Shown piece after piece: positions 19,388 to 27,972 of a stretch of 64,000 bases of DNA (position 1 is its first letter; each line of letters starts with the position of its first letter). The notes under the pieces are model-generated. The model saw only the letters and a program-made list of their open reading frames with translations. It searched no databases and was not told the origin of the DNA. The stretch lies in sequence record MT939492.1; one strand, 5' to 3'. The position numbers and the translations under genes were made by a program.

Positions 19388-19786
19388 ATGAACTTGGAAG
19401 AGTATCTGTTCAACCGCATGGCCGAGGAGGCTGCGGAGATCACGCAGGCATGCACGAAGATCCAGTCCTTCGGTAAGGATCACCGTGTTCCTTCCAACCG
19501 CATGATCGCTACCGATGCCTTGGTGGCCGAGATCAACGACGTGCTGGGTGTGGCCGATTTCCTCAAGGAATGCGGTATCGAACTGTTCGGTATCGGCAAG
19601 CCGTCTGCCCGCAAGGCCAAGATCCAGAAGATCCTCGCCTACATGCAGGTGTCCATCGACGCCGGCAAGCTGACCCTCACTGACGCTCAGCTCGAACACC
19701 TCAACGCCATGAACGAAGGCCGTCCCCTGATGCACCGTCGTTCTGATCCGGTGGTGGCAACCTTCGAGCAAAAGGAAACCGCATGA
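19388..19786 (+). CDS. MazG-like nucleotide pyrophosphohydrolase
   Basis: EEAAEITQACTKIQSFG ... EINDVLG: the EExxE...ExxD acidic helical motif of all-alpha NTP pyrophosphatases. Confidence 0.7.
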   Translation: MNLEEYLFNRMAEEAAEITQACTKIQSFGKDHRVPSNRMIATDALVAEINDVLGVADFLKECGIELFGIGKPSARKAKIQKILAYMQVSIDAGKLTLTDAQLEHLNAMNEGRPLMHRRSDPVVATFEQKETA

Positions 19787-19983
19787 CCAGCTTGTTCGTC
19801 TGTGACAAGTGCAACACGGTGGACACGACCGTGGCAGCCTACCCCAGCGGCAACTTCAATCTGGCAGCCATGAAGTGCACCAAGTGCCAGACCGGCGTGT
19901 GGCATAACCACTTCCCGGCGTTGCCGTACAATCCGCAGAAGGACAACGTCTGTAACCGGGCTACCGGAGTTGGGCTGGGATGA
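19783..19983 (+). CDS. Small zinc-binding protein
   Basis: 66 aa, two CxxC pairs (CDKC, CTKC) then WH; ATGA overlap with MazG-like gene. Confidence 0.7.
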   Translation: MTSLFVCDKCNTVDTTVAAYPSGNFNLAAMKCTKCQTGVWHNHFPALPYNPQKDNVCNRATGVGLG

Positions 19984-20366
19984 CCTGCTTCATTGTCGAT
20001 TACGATACTCGGGCCAACACACCCGAGGCGATAAAAGACTTTGAACGCGCAGCCAATCGACAGCACAAGGGCCTGTATAGCCTTAACTACATGTGGACGT
20101 TGAAGTTCGCCGTGACGGTTCTGGGTAAGGTAGCACTTACCCGGGATCGTGATGACATTGCTATCATCATCGGTGAGCTGTTTGATGCGTTACATGCTCT
20201 GCAAGACTTCCCGGATATGGCCGAGCCCATGGCCGAGGAGATACTTGCCGAAGTCAATCGGTTGGCTACGTTCTTACCCGATGAGATTGTCCTTGACGAA
20301 ACCAAGCCTCGCCGCTGCGAGATACTGGACTATCGTCACGGGGCAATGCTGGTTGAGATCAAGTAA
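19980..20366 (+). CDS. Hypothetical protein
   Basis: 128 aa, ATGA overlap with previous gene. Confidence 0.65.
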   Translation: MTCFIVDYDTRANTPEAIKDFERAANRQHKGLYSLNYMWTLKFAVTVLGKVALTRDRDDIAIIIGELFDALHALQDFPDMAEPMAEEILAEVNRLATFLPDEIVLDETKPRRCEILDYRHGAMLVEIK

Positions 20367-20540
20367 GAGGTCGGGCTTCGGCCCGGCCTTTATGCCGCAA
20401 CGCTCTGTATGGCCCTGTGAGGAGCGTTCAGCGTAAATAAGTACTCCCATAGCCTTTTCTATGTAGAAGAGCCTCAGAGGCCATTCTAATGAGTTTCAGA
20501 CCTACACTATCTCAGTGTAGAGTACCAGTGGAGTTTCACC

Positions 20541-20921
20541 ATGCGTCGTGCAGTATTGATCTACGACATCGCCACAGAACATCGTGATGTCCGCCGGATC
20601 GTGCGCGATGCGTTGCATCGTCGCGAGAGGCTTCCGATCCTGGATAGCTTCAACGAAGGTCAGACAACAGCAGCGGTCAGGTTGTGGTTCAGCTACTTCC
20701 TGAACGAGTACTGCTTCGTCAATGTACCCCCCACCTTCGCTTTCCGACCAGACCCAAGACTCGAAGATTTCTTCGAGCGTAGAACTTCGCCTCAGTTGAT
20801 CACTCTCAGCTTCAAGCTCCGCGTACCACGGGAGCTAGCTGAAGAGACTCCCGTTATTGACGTGCGGGAGCGCGATCTAGTGCTGACCTATAACAACGTA
20901 GAAACATCGAGATGGAAGTGA
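20541..20921 (+). CDS. Hypothetical protein (paralog-array member)
   Basis: 126 aa, GGAG RBS, downstream of promoter-like motif at about 20494-20520. Confidence 0.65.
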   Translation: MRRAVLIYDIATEHRDVRRIVRDALHRRERLPILDSFNEGQTTAAVRLWFSYFLNEYCFVNVPPTFAFRPDPRLEDFFERRTSPQLITLSFKLRVPRELAEETPVIDVRERDLVLTYNNVETSRWK

Positions 20922-20922
20922 C

Positions 20923-21393
20923 ATGAGACACACCGCGCGGATTTACGACCTTGGTAATCTTGCCAAAAGGATGACTCGCAACATTGAGGACTTCCTGGAG
21001 CTGTACGGCGACAAGAAGACCCATCGTCCGAAGATTCACGAATGTGGCCAGATGTTGGTCGCTATCCTCACCAACGAAATCGACCGTCGTTCGAACTGGG
21101 CCAGTCCCCTCGGTCATGAGGAACTGTTCGCGCAGCTGCTGCCGTGGACCATCAACATCGAGAAGGGACCGGAGTACGAGGACTTCTACACCCAGGTCAT
21201 CGACCGTGCGGTGGTTGCCGTCAACCGCTGGCTGGAAGCGTTCATGGAACGCGATACCTGGATGATCTGGGAGGTTGAGCTGATCACCCCCCTGACGATC
21301 TCCATCGTACCCAAGCAGGACTATCGAATCGAAGAGTGGACCCGACTCAAAGAGAGCGGGCAGCTGGAGAAGCTTTCTCGCGGCGGCCACTGA
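20923..21393 (+). CDS. Hypothetical protein
   Basis: 156 aa, abuts previous stop. Confidence 0.75.
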   Translation: MRHTARIYDLGNLAKRMTRNIEDFLELYGDKKTHRPKIHECGQMLVAILTNEIDRRSNWASPLGHEELFAQLLPWTINIEKGPEYEDFYTQVIDRAVVAVNRWLEAFMERDTWMIWEVELITPLTISIVPKQDYRIEEWTRLKESGQLEKLSRGGH

Positions 21394-21411
21394 ACACCAG
21401 AGAGCAATACC

Positions 21412-21861
21412 ATGTCAAGCACGGTGCTAGGCGACATTCAGGGTCTTTTGAGATCCTTTGTTCAAGACCTCCTGTACGCAAGCGACTACGACGAAGCCAA
21501 GCATCTGCACATTGATGCCCTGTCGATCGCTGAGGTCATACTCGATGAATACTTCACTGACAACGAGTTGATACAACGCGAACCGATCGATTACTTGCGC
21601 CGCTACGACATTTCGCGGGATCGCAAGAAAGAGATCATTGCTACATTCAAGAACGCGCTCGAAGATTACATCCACCGCATCTGCCGTATCCATCCGCGCT
21701 ATCACTACAGCTATCGGCTGGGCGGCAGCGGTACTCTGGAGATCACACAAATGGACCTTGACCCTCAAAGTCCTCCTCTGAAGTTCCATTGCGAAAGCGA
21801 TGACGAAGAGGGACATGAGGGCATGGGGGCATTCGTGCCCGAACGACTGAGAAGAAGATAA
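21412..21861 (+). CDS. Hypothetical protein
   Basis: 149 aa in co-directional cluster. Confidence 0.7.
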   Translation: MSSTVLGDIQGLLRSFVQDLLYASDYDEAKHLHIDALSIAEVILDEYFTDNELIQREPIDYLRRYDISRDRKKEIIATFKNALEDYIHRICRIHPRYHYSYRLGGSGTLEITQMDLDPQSPPLKFHCESDDEEGHEGMGAFVPERLRRR

Positions 21862-22427
21862 TGGAACAGACGCTTGTCATCATCGATGCAAGCAGACTGC
21901 TCAAGGAAATGACTCCCTATCTCGAACACCTCCGGGTGTTCGGGGTAGACGAGTCTTCTATGCTCGCACATCTGTTTGCAATCATGCGCTCACCTAACCA
22001 AACGGACTATGTTCGAAGGATGGCGCGCGATCTTATACTGGAGTTGGACGAGAACTTCTACTCCGACAAGTTCCCACCTAATAGTAGCGGCGATGTAAAA
22101 TACGATCGCGTTGCACATGCAATGATTGACGCGCTCGGTGACGGCCTACAAGTCCTGATCCCAACGCTCGAAACGATCCTAGGAGACTATCGGCACTCCG
22201 CAACGCTGCATGGTTTTGTGGGCCGAGACATTGTGGTGGCCGTTGAGGTCACTGAGAAGACCGCCGATGAAAATGAAGAGAATGCTGTTGCTGCTTCCGA
22301 TGAGGGAGGCGGAGAAACGACTGAAGGAAGTGGAACAGGATCTGGACCAGCTCCCGCTGGCGTATCCGTTCAGCCAGCTCGTCGCGCTCACGTTCCGTCT
22401 TTGGATGATGATCGCGACCCTGGATGA
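21861..22427 (+). CDS. Hypothetical protein (paralog-array member)
   Basis: 188 aa, TAATG coupling; motif HGFVGRDIVVAVE. Confidence 0.7.
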   Translation: MEQTLVIIDASRLLKEMTPYLEHLRVFGVDESSMLAHLFAIMRSPNQTDYVRRMARDLILELDENFYSDKFPPNSSGDVKYDRVAHAMIDALGDGLQVLIPTLETILGDYRHSATLHGFVGRDIVVAVEVTEKTADENEENAVAASDEGGGETTEGSGTGSGPAPAGVSVQPARRAHVPSLDDDRDPG

Positions 22428-22734
22428 TGGTCAGGACAAGACCGGAGCTGATCTGGTCTACGAGGAAGACGCCTTCCGACAAGTGCTGGAGAAGCTTGTC
22501 GCCGAAGACGTCGACTTGTCTGAGTTTGAGTACAGCGAGTTCGTCAAGGCACTAGCCACGTTCGAGAAGGGCGTAGGCAGGCTCCATGCAGAACTGGCTC
22601 CGTATCTCAAGCCGTTCGAGAAGTACATCAACCGTCACAACGACAACGCTATCAACTTCCAAGGCTGGCTTGCCAGCGATTTGGTGGTGGAGCTGGAAAC
22701 CGAAGAATCATGCCCAAGCCATCCGGCGCCATAA
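22267..22734 (+). CDS. Hypothetical protein (paralog-array member)
   Basis: Open frame; motif FQGWLASDLVVELE; start uncertain, overlaps the previous ORF's low-complexity tail. Confidence 0.65.
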   Translation: MKMKRMLLLLPMREAEKRLKEVEQDLDQLPLAYPFSQLVALTFRLWMMIATLDDGQDKTGADLVYEEDAFRQVLEKLVAEDVDLSEFEYSEFVKALATFEKGVGRLHAELAPYLKPFEKYINRHNDNAINFQGWLASDLVVELETEESCPSHPAP

Positions 22735-23129
22735 GCCTGATCCTTCCAACTCGTGACATCGTCCACAACCATCGGTTCAATGAGCGGATCTTCCGTCTCG
22801 TCGGGCAGAATGCGAAAACGCTGGGGCAGTTCACGCTCCAGCAGTGGGTGCAGAACCAGTTGGACATGCGCAGGTACTACACGCGCTTTGTCAGCCAGAC
22901 AGAACTTCTGGAAGATGCTCTACTGACGTACATCGTAGAGCCCAGGGTGGATTTGACAGAGGACGTGTTGCGGAAGGTCAGCAACCGCATGATGCAGATC
23001 GTGTTGGAATACCACGAGACTATCAATCCCCTGCTCAGAAGCTTCTGTGATCACGCAGCTGATGAGGAACACATTCGTTTCGATGACTGGCTCGGTGCTG
23101 ACATGATCGTCAGTATCGACCGGCTCTAA
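22710..23129 (+). CDS. Hypothetical protein (paralog-array member)
   Basis: 139 aa; motif FDDWLGADMIVSID. Confidence 0.7.
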   Translation: MPKPSGAISLILPTRDIVHNHRFNERIFRLVGQNAKTLGQFTLQQWVQNQLDMRRYYTRFVSQTELLEDALLTYIVEPRVDLTEDVLRKVSNRMMQIVLEYHETINPLLRSFCDHAADEEHIRFDDWLGADMIVSIDRL

Positions 23130-23141
23130 AGGAGAAGTTAG

Positions 23142-23633
23142 ATGGAAAAGCACATACACGAATTGATCGTCGATGACATCAGTCTACGGTTCCGCCACGC
23201 GCTGCCGTTCGAGTCAAGTCCCTACAATACCACCAAGCCGGAGATCCCTTACTACAAGGCCTCCGAAGAACCGTCCAAGTTCGGACAGGACGTGATCCAC
23301 AAGGGGACGGTCATCCTCTCGACCAAGCGAGCGTTCGAGGACTTCGAGCAGACCGCCGGGATGATGGAAAACATCAACTACGACGAAGATGAGATCGGCG
23401 CAGCCATCATCAACTCCCTGCGTACCGGAGAGCCGGTGATCGCCAAGGGCGCTATGGAAGATGAGGACACCCAGATCCTCCTGCGCGCCACGGAACGACT
23501 GCGCCAGGGGGTGGTCAACGCAGTCAATCTTGCTCGCCTCGATCACAACGAGATGGACAAGACCCTGGTCTTCGATGGCTGGTGCTGCGGCGACATGGTC
23601 CTCGAACACATCGAGATCCGCGAAGATCGCTGA
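23142..23633 (+). CDS. Hypothetical protein (paralog-array member)
   Basis: 163 aa, AAGGAG RBS; motif FDGWCCGDMVLEHIE. Confidence 0.75.
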   Translation: MEKHIHELIVDDISLRFRHALPFESSPYNTTKPEIPYYKASEEPSKFGQDVIHKGTVILSTKRAFEDFEQTAGMMENINYDEDEIGAAIINSLRTGEPVIAKGAMEDEDTQILLRATERLRQGVVNAVNLARLDHNEMDKTLVFDGWCCGDMVLEHIEIREDR

Positions 23634-23664
23634 TCTTATGACACCCAGTTGACATAGGCTCACC

Positions 23665-24075
23665 ATGACCCCGCTTTCGAAGCTGCCCCTGAACTCCACC
23701 GTGTCTTTCGAGCTGTATCCGTCGTACATCATCGGCACCGGGTACAACTTCGCCAAAGTCCTCGCACACCTGGATGCTGACACGGCCCGGGCGCTCGGCG
23801 TGGACACGGCCTCCAAGCACGCCAACGTTTACCCGACCCTGCCCTCGGACGTCCCCAATCGTCCCAATGCTTACCCGTGGGTCAAGCTGCGCCTGCAGAG
23901 CGGCGAGACCGTCATCATCGGCGCAGCCTGGGTCAAGGAAAACACGATCAAGATCCTCAACGCCAAGCGCGTGCGCTGGGAGACCGACGTCAGCAGTGAC
24001 GACGATGCTGCACTGATCGTCAAGGTACTGGCTGGTGCCGGCTTCCAGGCGTTGAACATGGAAGTGATCGAATAA
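23665..24075 (+). CDS. Conserved hypothetical protein upstream of DNA polymerase (beta-rich, possibly SH3-like)
   Basis: 136 aa, strong coding bias, position typical of phiKZ-like genomes. Confidence 0.7.
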   Translation: MTPLSKLPLNSTVSFELYPSYIIGTGYNFAKVLAHLDADTARALGVDTASKHANVYPTLPSDVPNRPNAYPWVKLRLQSGETVIIGAAWVKENTIKILNAKRVRWETDVSSDDDAALIVKVLAGAGFQALNMEVIE

Positions 24076-24240
24076 AGACCATCGGGTAGGCTATTGTATG
24101 CAGAAGCCTGGGTCGTTTCTGTGGAGCTTGCACTGGCTTACCCGCACTCTTTAGCCAGGCCTTCGGGCCTGGCCTTTTTATGCCCTATTTTCTTTTTCTA
24201 CATTCCGGGGCTATCTAGTGTACCTTAGGCGGAGCAGTAC

Positions 24241-26586
24241 ATGCAACACTTCATCATGGCGAAGGATGACTACAAACGAGACGTGAATCTCGTCCCTGCG
24301 TACATCCGAGATTGCGCTACCTATCTTCAGCTCGACACCGGCATCGACTTTGACGAATGCGTTGACTACGTCCGCACGCAGGTCGGTCCTGGCGGCCCTC
24401 TGGAAATCAAGTCGCCGGAGATCATGTGTCTGAGTAAGGACACCCCTGGCAATCGCGTTCAACGTACCATGCCGTGGGATCAATACGTTGGCGAGGCAGT
24501 TCAAGCGGGCGATATCATCAGTCCCACCCTGGCGGTCTACGCCAATCCCCTGCGTCACGAATCCATCCTGGGTAAGTACGTCGGCGGTAATCTGACCAAG
24601 CGCCAAGTAGCGAAGCACGAGATGTTCACGGCTCAGTCTGAAGCCGACATCTACAAGCTCAACGGCGACATGGAGAAGTACAAGCAGTTCTCCGCACTGG
24701 CCGGTCAGAAGGACGCTGAGCAGTCCTCGACGAAGGTCAAGAACAACTCGCTGTCTGGCGCTCACGCCGCACAGCACACCCCGCTGTATAACAAGTCTTC
24801 CCACAGCACGCTGACCAGTTCCTGCCGGTCGGCTACCTCGTACGGCAATGCCAGTAACGAGAAGTTCCTCTACGGTAACCGCCACTACTGGTCGGCGGAG
24901 TTGGTCAAGGCCAACATCATTTCCATCATCAACACTGCAGACCTCGGGAAGATCGCCAGCGCTCTGAGCAAGTACGGCATCGTCTATCCGACCATGGAAC
25001 AGACCATGGCCTGCATTACTCGTTCCAGTGATCTCTACTGGCGCGACATGGTTGAAGGTGAATCCATTCGTGCGCTGGTCAGTCGACTGAGTCCGGTACA
25101 GCGCGCAGCGGTTGTCTACGTCGGTGACTTCTACCATCTGGCCGAATACAACCGCGACTTCTGCCACCACTTCCTGAACCAGCTTTCGAGCAAGGCAACG
25201 GTTCCGCTGTCGGTGGAAGAAGCTTCGCAATACATCGGTGCAATGGACGATGACCTCAAGGCCTTCGTCTCGATGCTGTGCGAGAAGGAACTCTACGGCA
25301 CCAACCTGAAGAAGCTGAAGGCGGAGAACCCGGAAGGCTACGGCATCATGGGCGCTACGGCTAAGGCGATTCCGGAAGTGCTGGACCAGTACGCAGAGAT
25401 GATCCAGGCACTGTGGGTCACCAACTGCATGCCGGCATCCATTGCTGCACTGCCGACCATCATCCGTCGCTGTGCTATTGCCTCGGATACTGACTCGACG
25501 ATCTTCACCACCCAGCACTGGACCAAGTGGTTCGTGGGTACGCTGGACTTCTCCCCGAAGTCGCGCGCTATCTCTAGCACGATGGTCTATCTGGCATCGC
25601 AGGCCATTCGTCACGTTCTGGCAAAGCTGTCGGTCAACATGGGTGTCACCCGTGAGAACCTGCACAAGCTGGCCATGAAGAACGAGTACGCTTTCCCGGT
25701 GTTCGCTCTGACGGGTCGTGCCAAGCACTACTACGCCAACATGTCGGCCCGAGAGGGTAACGTGTATGTGGAGTTCAAGAAGGAGATCAAGGGCGTTGCC
25801 CTGCGAAACTCCAACGTGCCCAAGCATGTGAACGACAAGGCGCACGGTCTGATCGATGAGATCATGGATACGATCTACAAGGGCAACAAGCTCTCGTTGA
25901 CCAAGATCCAGAAGACTATCGGCAACATGGAAGACAGCATCCGCAACTCGATCATGAATGGTAAGTACGACTACATGACCCGGATGCAGATCCGCGACGT
26001 GAGTTCGTACACCAAGCCGGAATCCTCCGTGTTCGTGTATTACGACATGTGGGAGAAGGTCTTCGCACCGAAGTACGGTCATGCGGAAGCTCCGCCGTAT
26101 GGTGCGATCAAGATCGCGATGAATACCGAGAAGCCTGCCAAGCTGAAGGCGTGGCTGGCAAACATCGAAGATCGTGCACTGGCTGAACGCATGATCAAGT
26201 GGCTGGAGGCGAACAACAAGAAGCACTTCACGGCGTTGTACCTGCCGGAGTCGATTCTCTCCACCATCGGTATCCCCAAGGAAGTCATCATCGGCGTCAA
26301 CATCCGCAAGCTGATCTTTGCGACGATGGAACCGTTCTACCTGATCCTGGAATCGTTGAACATCCACATGAAGAACAAGTGGCTGACTCGACTGGTCTCG
26401 GACAAGGTGGAGCTGATCATGAGCACTCCCAACGAGGACACCACGGAACTGGTGATCGAACCGGAGGAGACTCAGGAAGATCCATTTGCAGGCGCGTACG
26501 CGAACCTGGATGTGGATGGTTCCAGTGAACTGGATTGGTTCGACGAGGACGCTGAGGAAGACGAGGAAGAGGAAGAAGAAGCGTAA
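24241..26586 (+). CDS. Family-B DNA polymerase, polymerase-domain subunit (phiKZ gp50-like)
   Basis: 781 aa; KVKNNSLSG (motif B-like KxxxNSxxG) and IASDTDSTIF (motif C DTDS); no exonuclease motifs seen, consistent with the split polymerase of this group; acidic C-terminal tail. Confidence 0.85.
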   Translation: MQHFIMAKDDYKRDVNLVPAYIRDCATYLQLDTGIDFDECVDYVRTQVGPGGPLEIKSPEIMCLSKDTPGNRVQRTMPWDQYVGEAVQAGDIISPTLAVYANPLRHESILGKYVGGNLTKRQVAKHEMFTAQSEADIYKLNGDMEKYKQFSALAGQKDAEQSSTKVKNNSLSGAHAAQHTPLYNKSSHSTLTSSCRSATSYGNASNEKFLYGNRHYWSAELVKANIISIINTADLGKIASALSKYGIVYPTMEQTMACITRSSDLYWRDMVEGESIRALVSRLSPVQRAAVVYVGDFYHLAEYNRDFCHHFLNQLSSKATVPLSVEEASQYIGAMDDDLKAFVSMLCEKELYGTNLKKLKAENPEGYGIMGATAKAIPEVLDQYAEMIQALWVTNCMPASIAALPTIIRRCAIASDTDSTIFTTQHWTKWFVGTLDFSPKSRAISSTMVYLASQAIRHVLAKLSVNMGVTRENLHKLAMKNEYAFPVFALTGRAKHYYANMSAREGNVYVEFKKEIKGVALRNSNVPKHVNDKAHGLIDEIMDTIYKGNKLSLTKIQKTIGNMEDSIRNSIMNGKYDYMTRMQIRDVSSYTKPESSVFVYYDMWEKVFAPKYGHAEAPPYGAIKIAMNTEKPAKLKAWLANIEDRALAERMIKWLEANNKKHFTALYLPESILSTIGIPKEVIIGVNIRKLIFATMEPFYLILESLNIHMKNKWLTRLVSDKVELIMSTPNEDTTELVIEPEETQEDPFAGAYANLDVDGSSELDWFDEDAEEDEEEEEEA

Positions 26587-26587
26587 G

Positions 26588-26630
26588 GGCATAGAGGCAG
26601 GGGCGCGAGCCCCTGCCTCTGCTTTATGCC
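26588..26630. terminator. Bidirectional stem-loop between convergent genes
   Basis: AGAGGCAGGGGC-GCGA-GCCCCTGCCTCT flanked by GGCATA and TATGCC; near-identical to the hairpin at 12739. Confidence 0.75.
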
Positions 26631-27718
26631 CCTGGTACGTTGAGGAACCGGGAGATGTTGTTGTTGATCTCGTCCATCGACTTGTCGAAGTTCGCGTCGT
26701 CCATGCCACCCTTGAGTGAGCGATCGCTCTCCATGATCTTCAGTCCGATGGCGATCTCATTCAAGTAGCGCTGGTTGACCTCACCATACAGACCACTGTT
26801 GGCCTGCACCAGATAGGAGATCACCGGGATGTGCGCCAGGGTAGTGGCCCAGTTCACATAACGGTTACGCAGCGGCAGCTTGAACTCCATGACCTCACGG
26901 ACGTTGTTCTTGGTAATCGCAGGCAGAGCTGCAATCATCGCAGGGAAGTCAGCGCGGCGCGTCTTGGAAACATGCACGTACTGCTCAAGAACATCGTTCA
27001 CAACGTCGTGGTAGTCGTTCAGAGCGAAGCTGTTGGTATTGCGCGTCTTGGGGATGTCGATCTCCATCAGCAGATAGAGCATCCGGTTGAACAGCGCAAT
27101 GTCCAGCTGAGAGCGCATCATGTTCGCCAACGGAACCTGCGTCAGGAACTGGACGATGGCCATCTGGCGGTCAGGGAACGCAGCCTGAGCATCGGACCAC
27201 ATCTTGAACTGAACCCCCAGCATCGGCAGGTTGACCAGAATCACGCTGATCCCCGAGAAGTCATTACGACCATTGGGGAAAGGCATGTTCAGATCCGTGG
27301 AAGGGTGACGCAGCACGCGCACCGATTCCAAGTCCTGCCAAGTCTCTTCGATGTTGGTCAGATCGAAGTCGGTGATGTCGGCAATCACCACCTCGTTACT
27401 ACCCTTGCCGTAGAACGAACCGTTGCGAGTCATCTCACCCTTGGCCAGGATGGAAGTCATCTGCATGGACATTGACCGGTTCAGCGCCATGTCGGCAAAC
27501 CGATCTTTGTAAGTTCTTACGTCCAAGGACAATGGTACGGAGGTGGATGCCAAGAAGCGTGAAAGAATGTGCGTTGTGGCTACGGACTGCGGATTATGGC
27601 GATGCCAGTTGATCGCCGTGGACAGGTTCTGCTGGAGCTGCCGACGGACGTATTCGAACCGACCTATCACAACCTGACCGCGACTCCAAGTCGCCGATGG
27701 GTTGAAGATGTCGAGCAT
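26624..27718 (-). CDS. Conserved Chimalliviridae protein divergent from chimallin (phiKZ gp52-like)
   Basis: 364 aa, syntenic position between DNA polymerase and chmA on the opposite strand. Confidence 0.7.
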   Translation of the reverse strand: MLDIFNPSATWSRGQVVIGRFEYVRRQLQQNLSTAINWHRHNPQSVATTHILSRFLASTSVPLSLDVRTYKDRFADMALNRSMSMQMTSILAKGEMTRNGSFYGKGSNEVVIADITDFDLTNIEETWQDLESVRVLRHPSTDLNMPFPNGRNDFSGISVILVNLPMLGVQFKMWSDAQAAFPDRQMAIVQFLTQVPLANMMRSQLDIALFNRMLYLLMEIDIPKTRNTNSFALNDYHDVVNDVLEQYVHVSKTRRADFPAMIAALPAITKNNVREVMEFKLPLRNRYVNWATTLAHIPVISYLVQANSGLYGEVNQRYLNEIAIGLKIMESDRSLKGGMDDANFDKSMDEINNNISRFLNVPGA

Positions 27719-27781
27719 TGAGTGCTCCAGAATAAGTGGTAAGCTACACAGTATTTGCAGGACTAGCTGCAGGGAGTGCGT

Positions 27782-27793
27782 GTAAAAAATTAC
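27782..27793 (+). promoter_or_regulatory. Middle-type promoter element upstream of chimallin
   Basis: GTAAAAAATTAC fits phiKZ middle consensus AAanntTAC; identical 12-mer at 16288-16299. Confidence 0.5.
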
Positions 27794-27972
27794 GCATTCT
27801 TACCCTATTGTATAGGGAAACAACCCCTCGGCAGCTTCGGCTGCTGAGATATGCGGGGAGCGTACGTTCTACGTAATTTGATTTAAACGCTTTTTAAGCA
27901 TATATCATCCAATTGACGTATCCCAAAGATGCGTTGCGCGCAAACCATCAAAACCAGAAAGAAGGTAGAACA

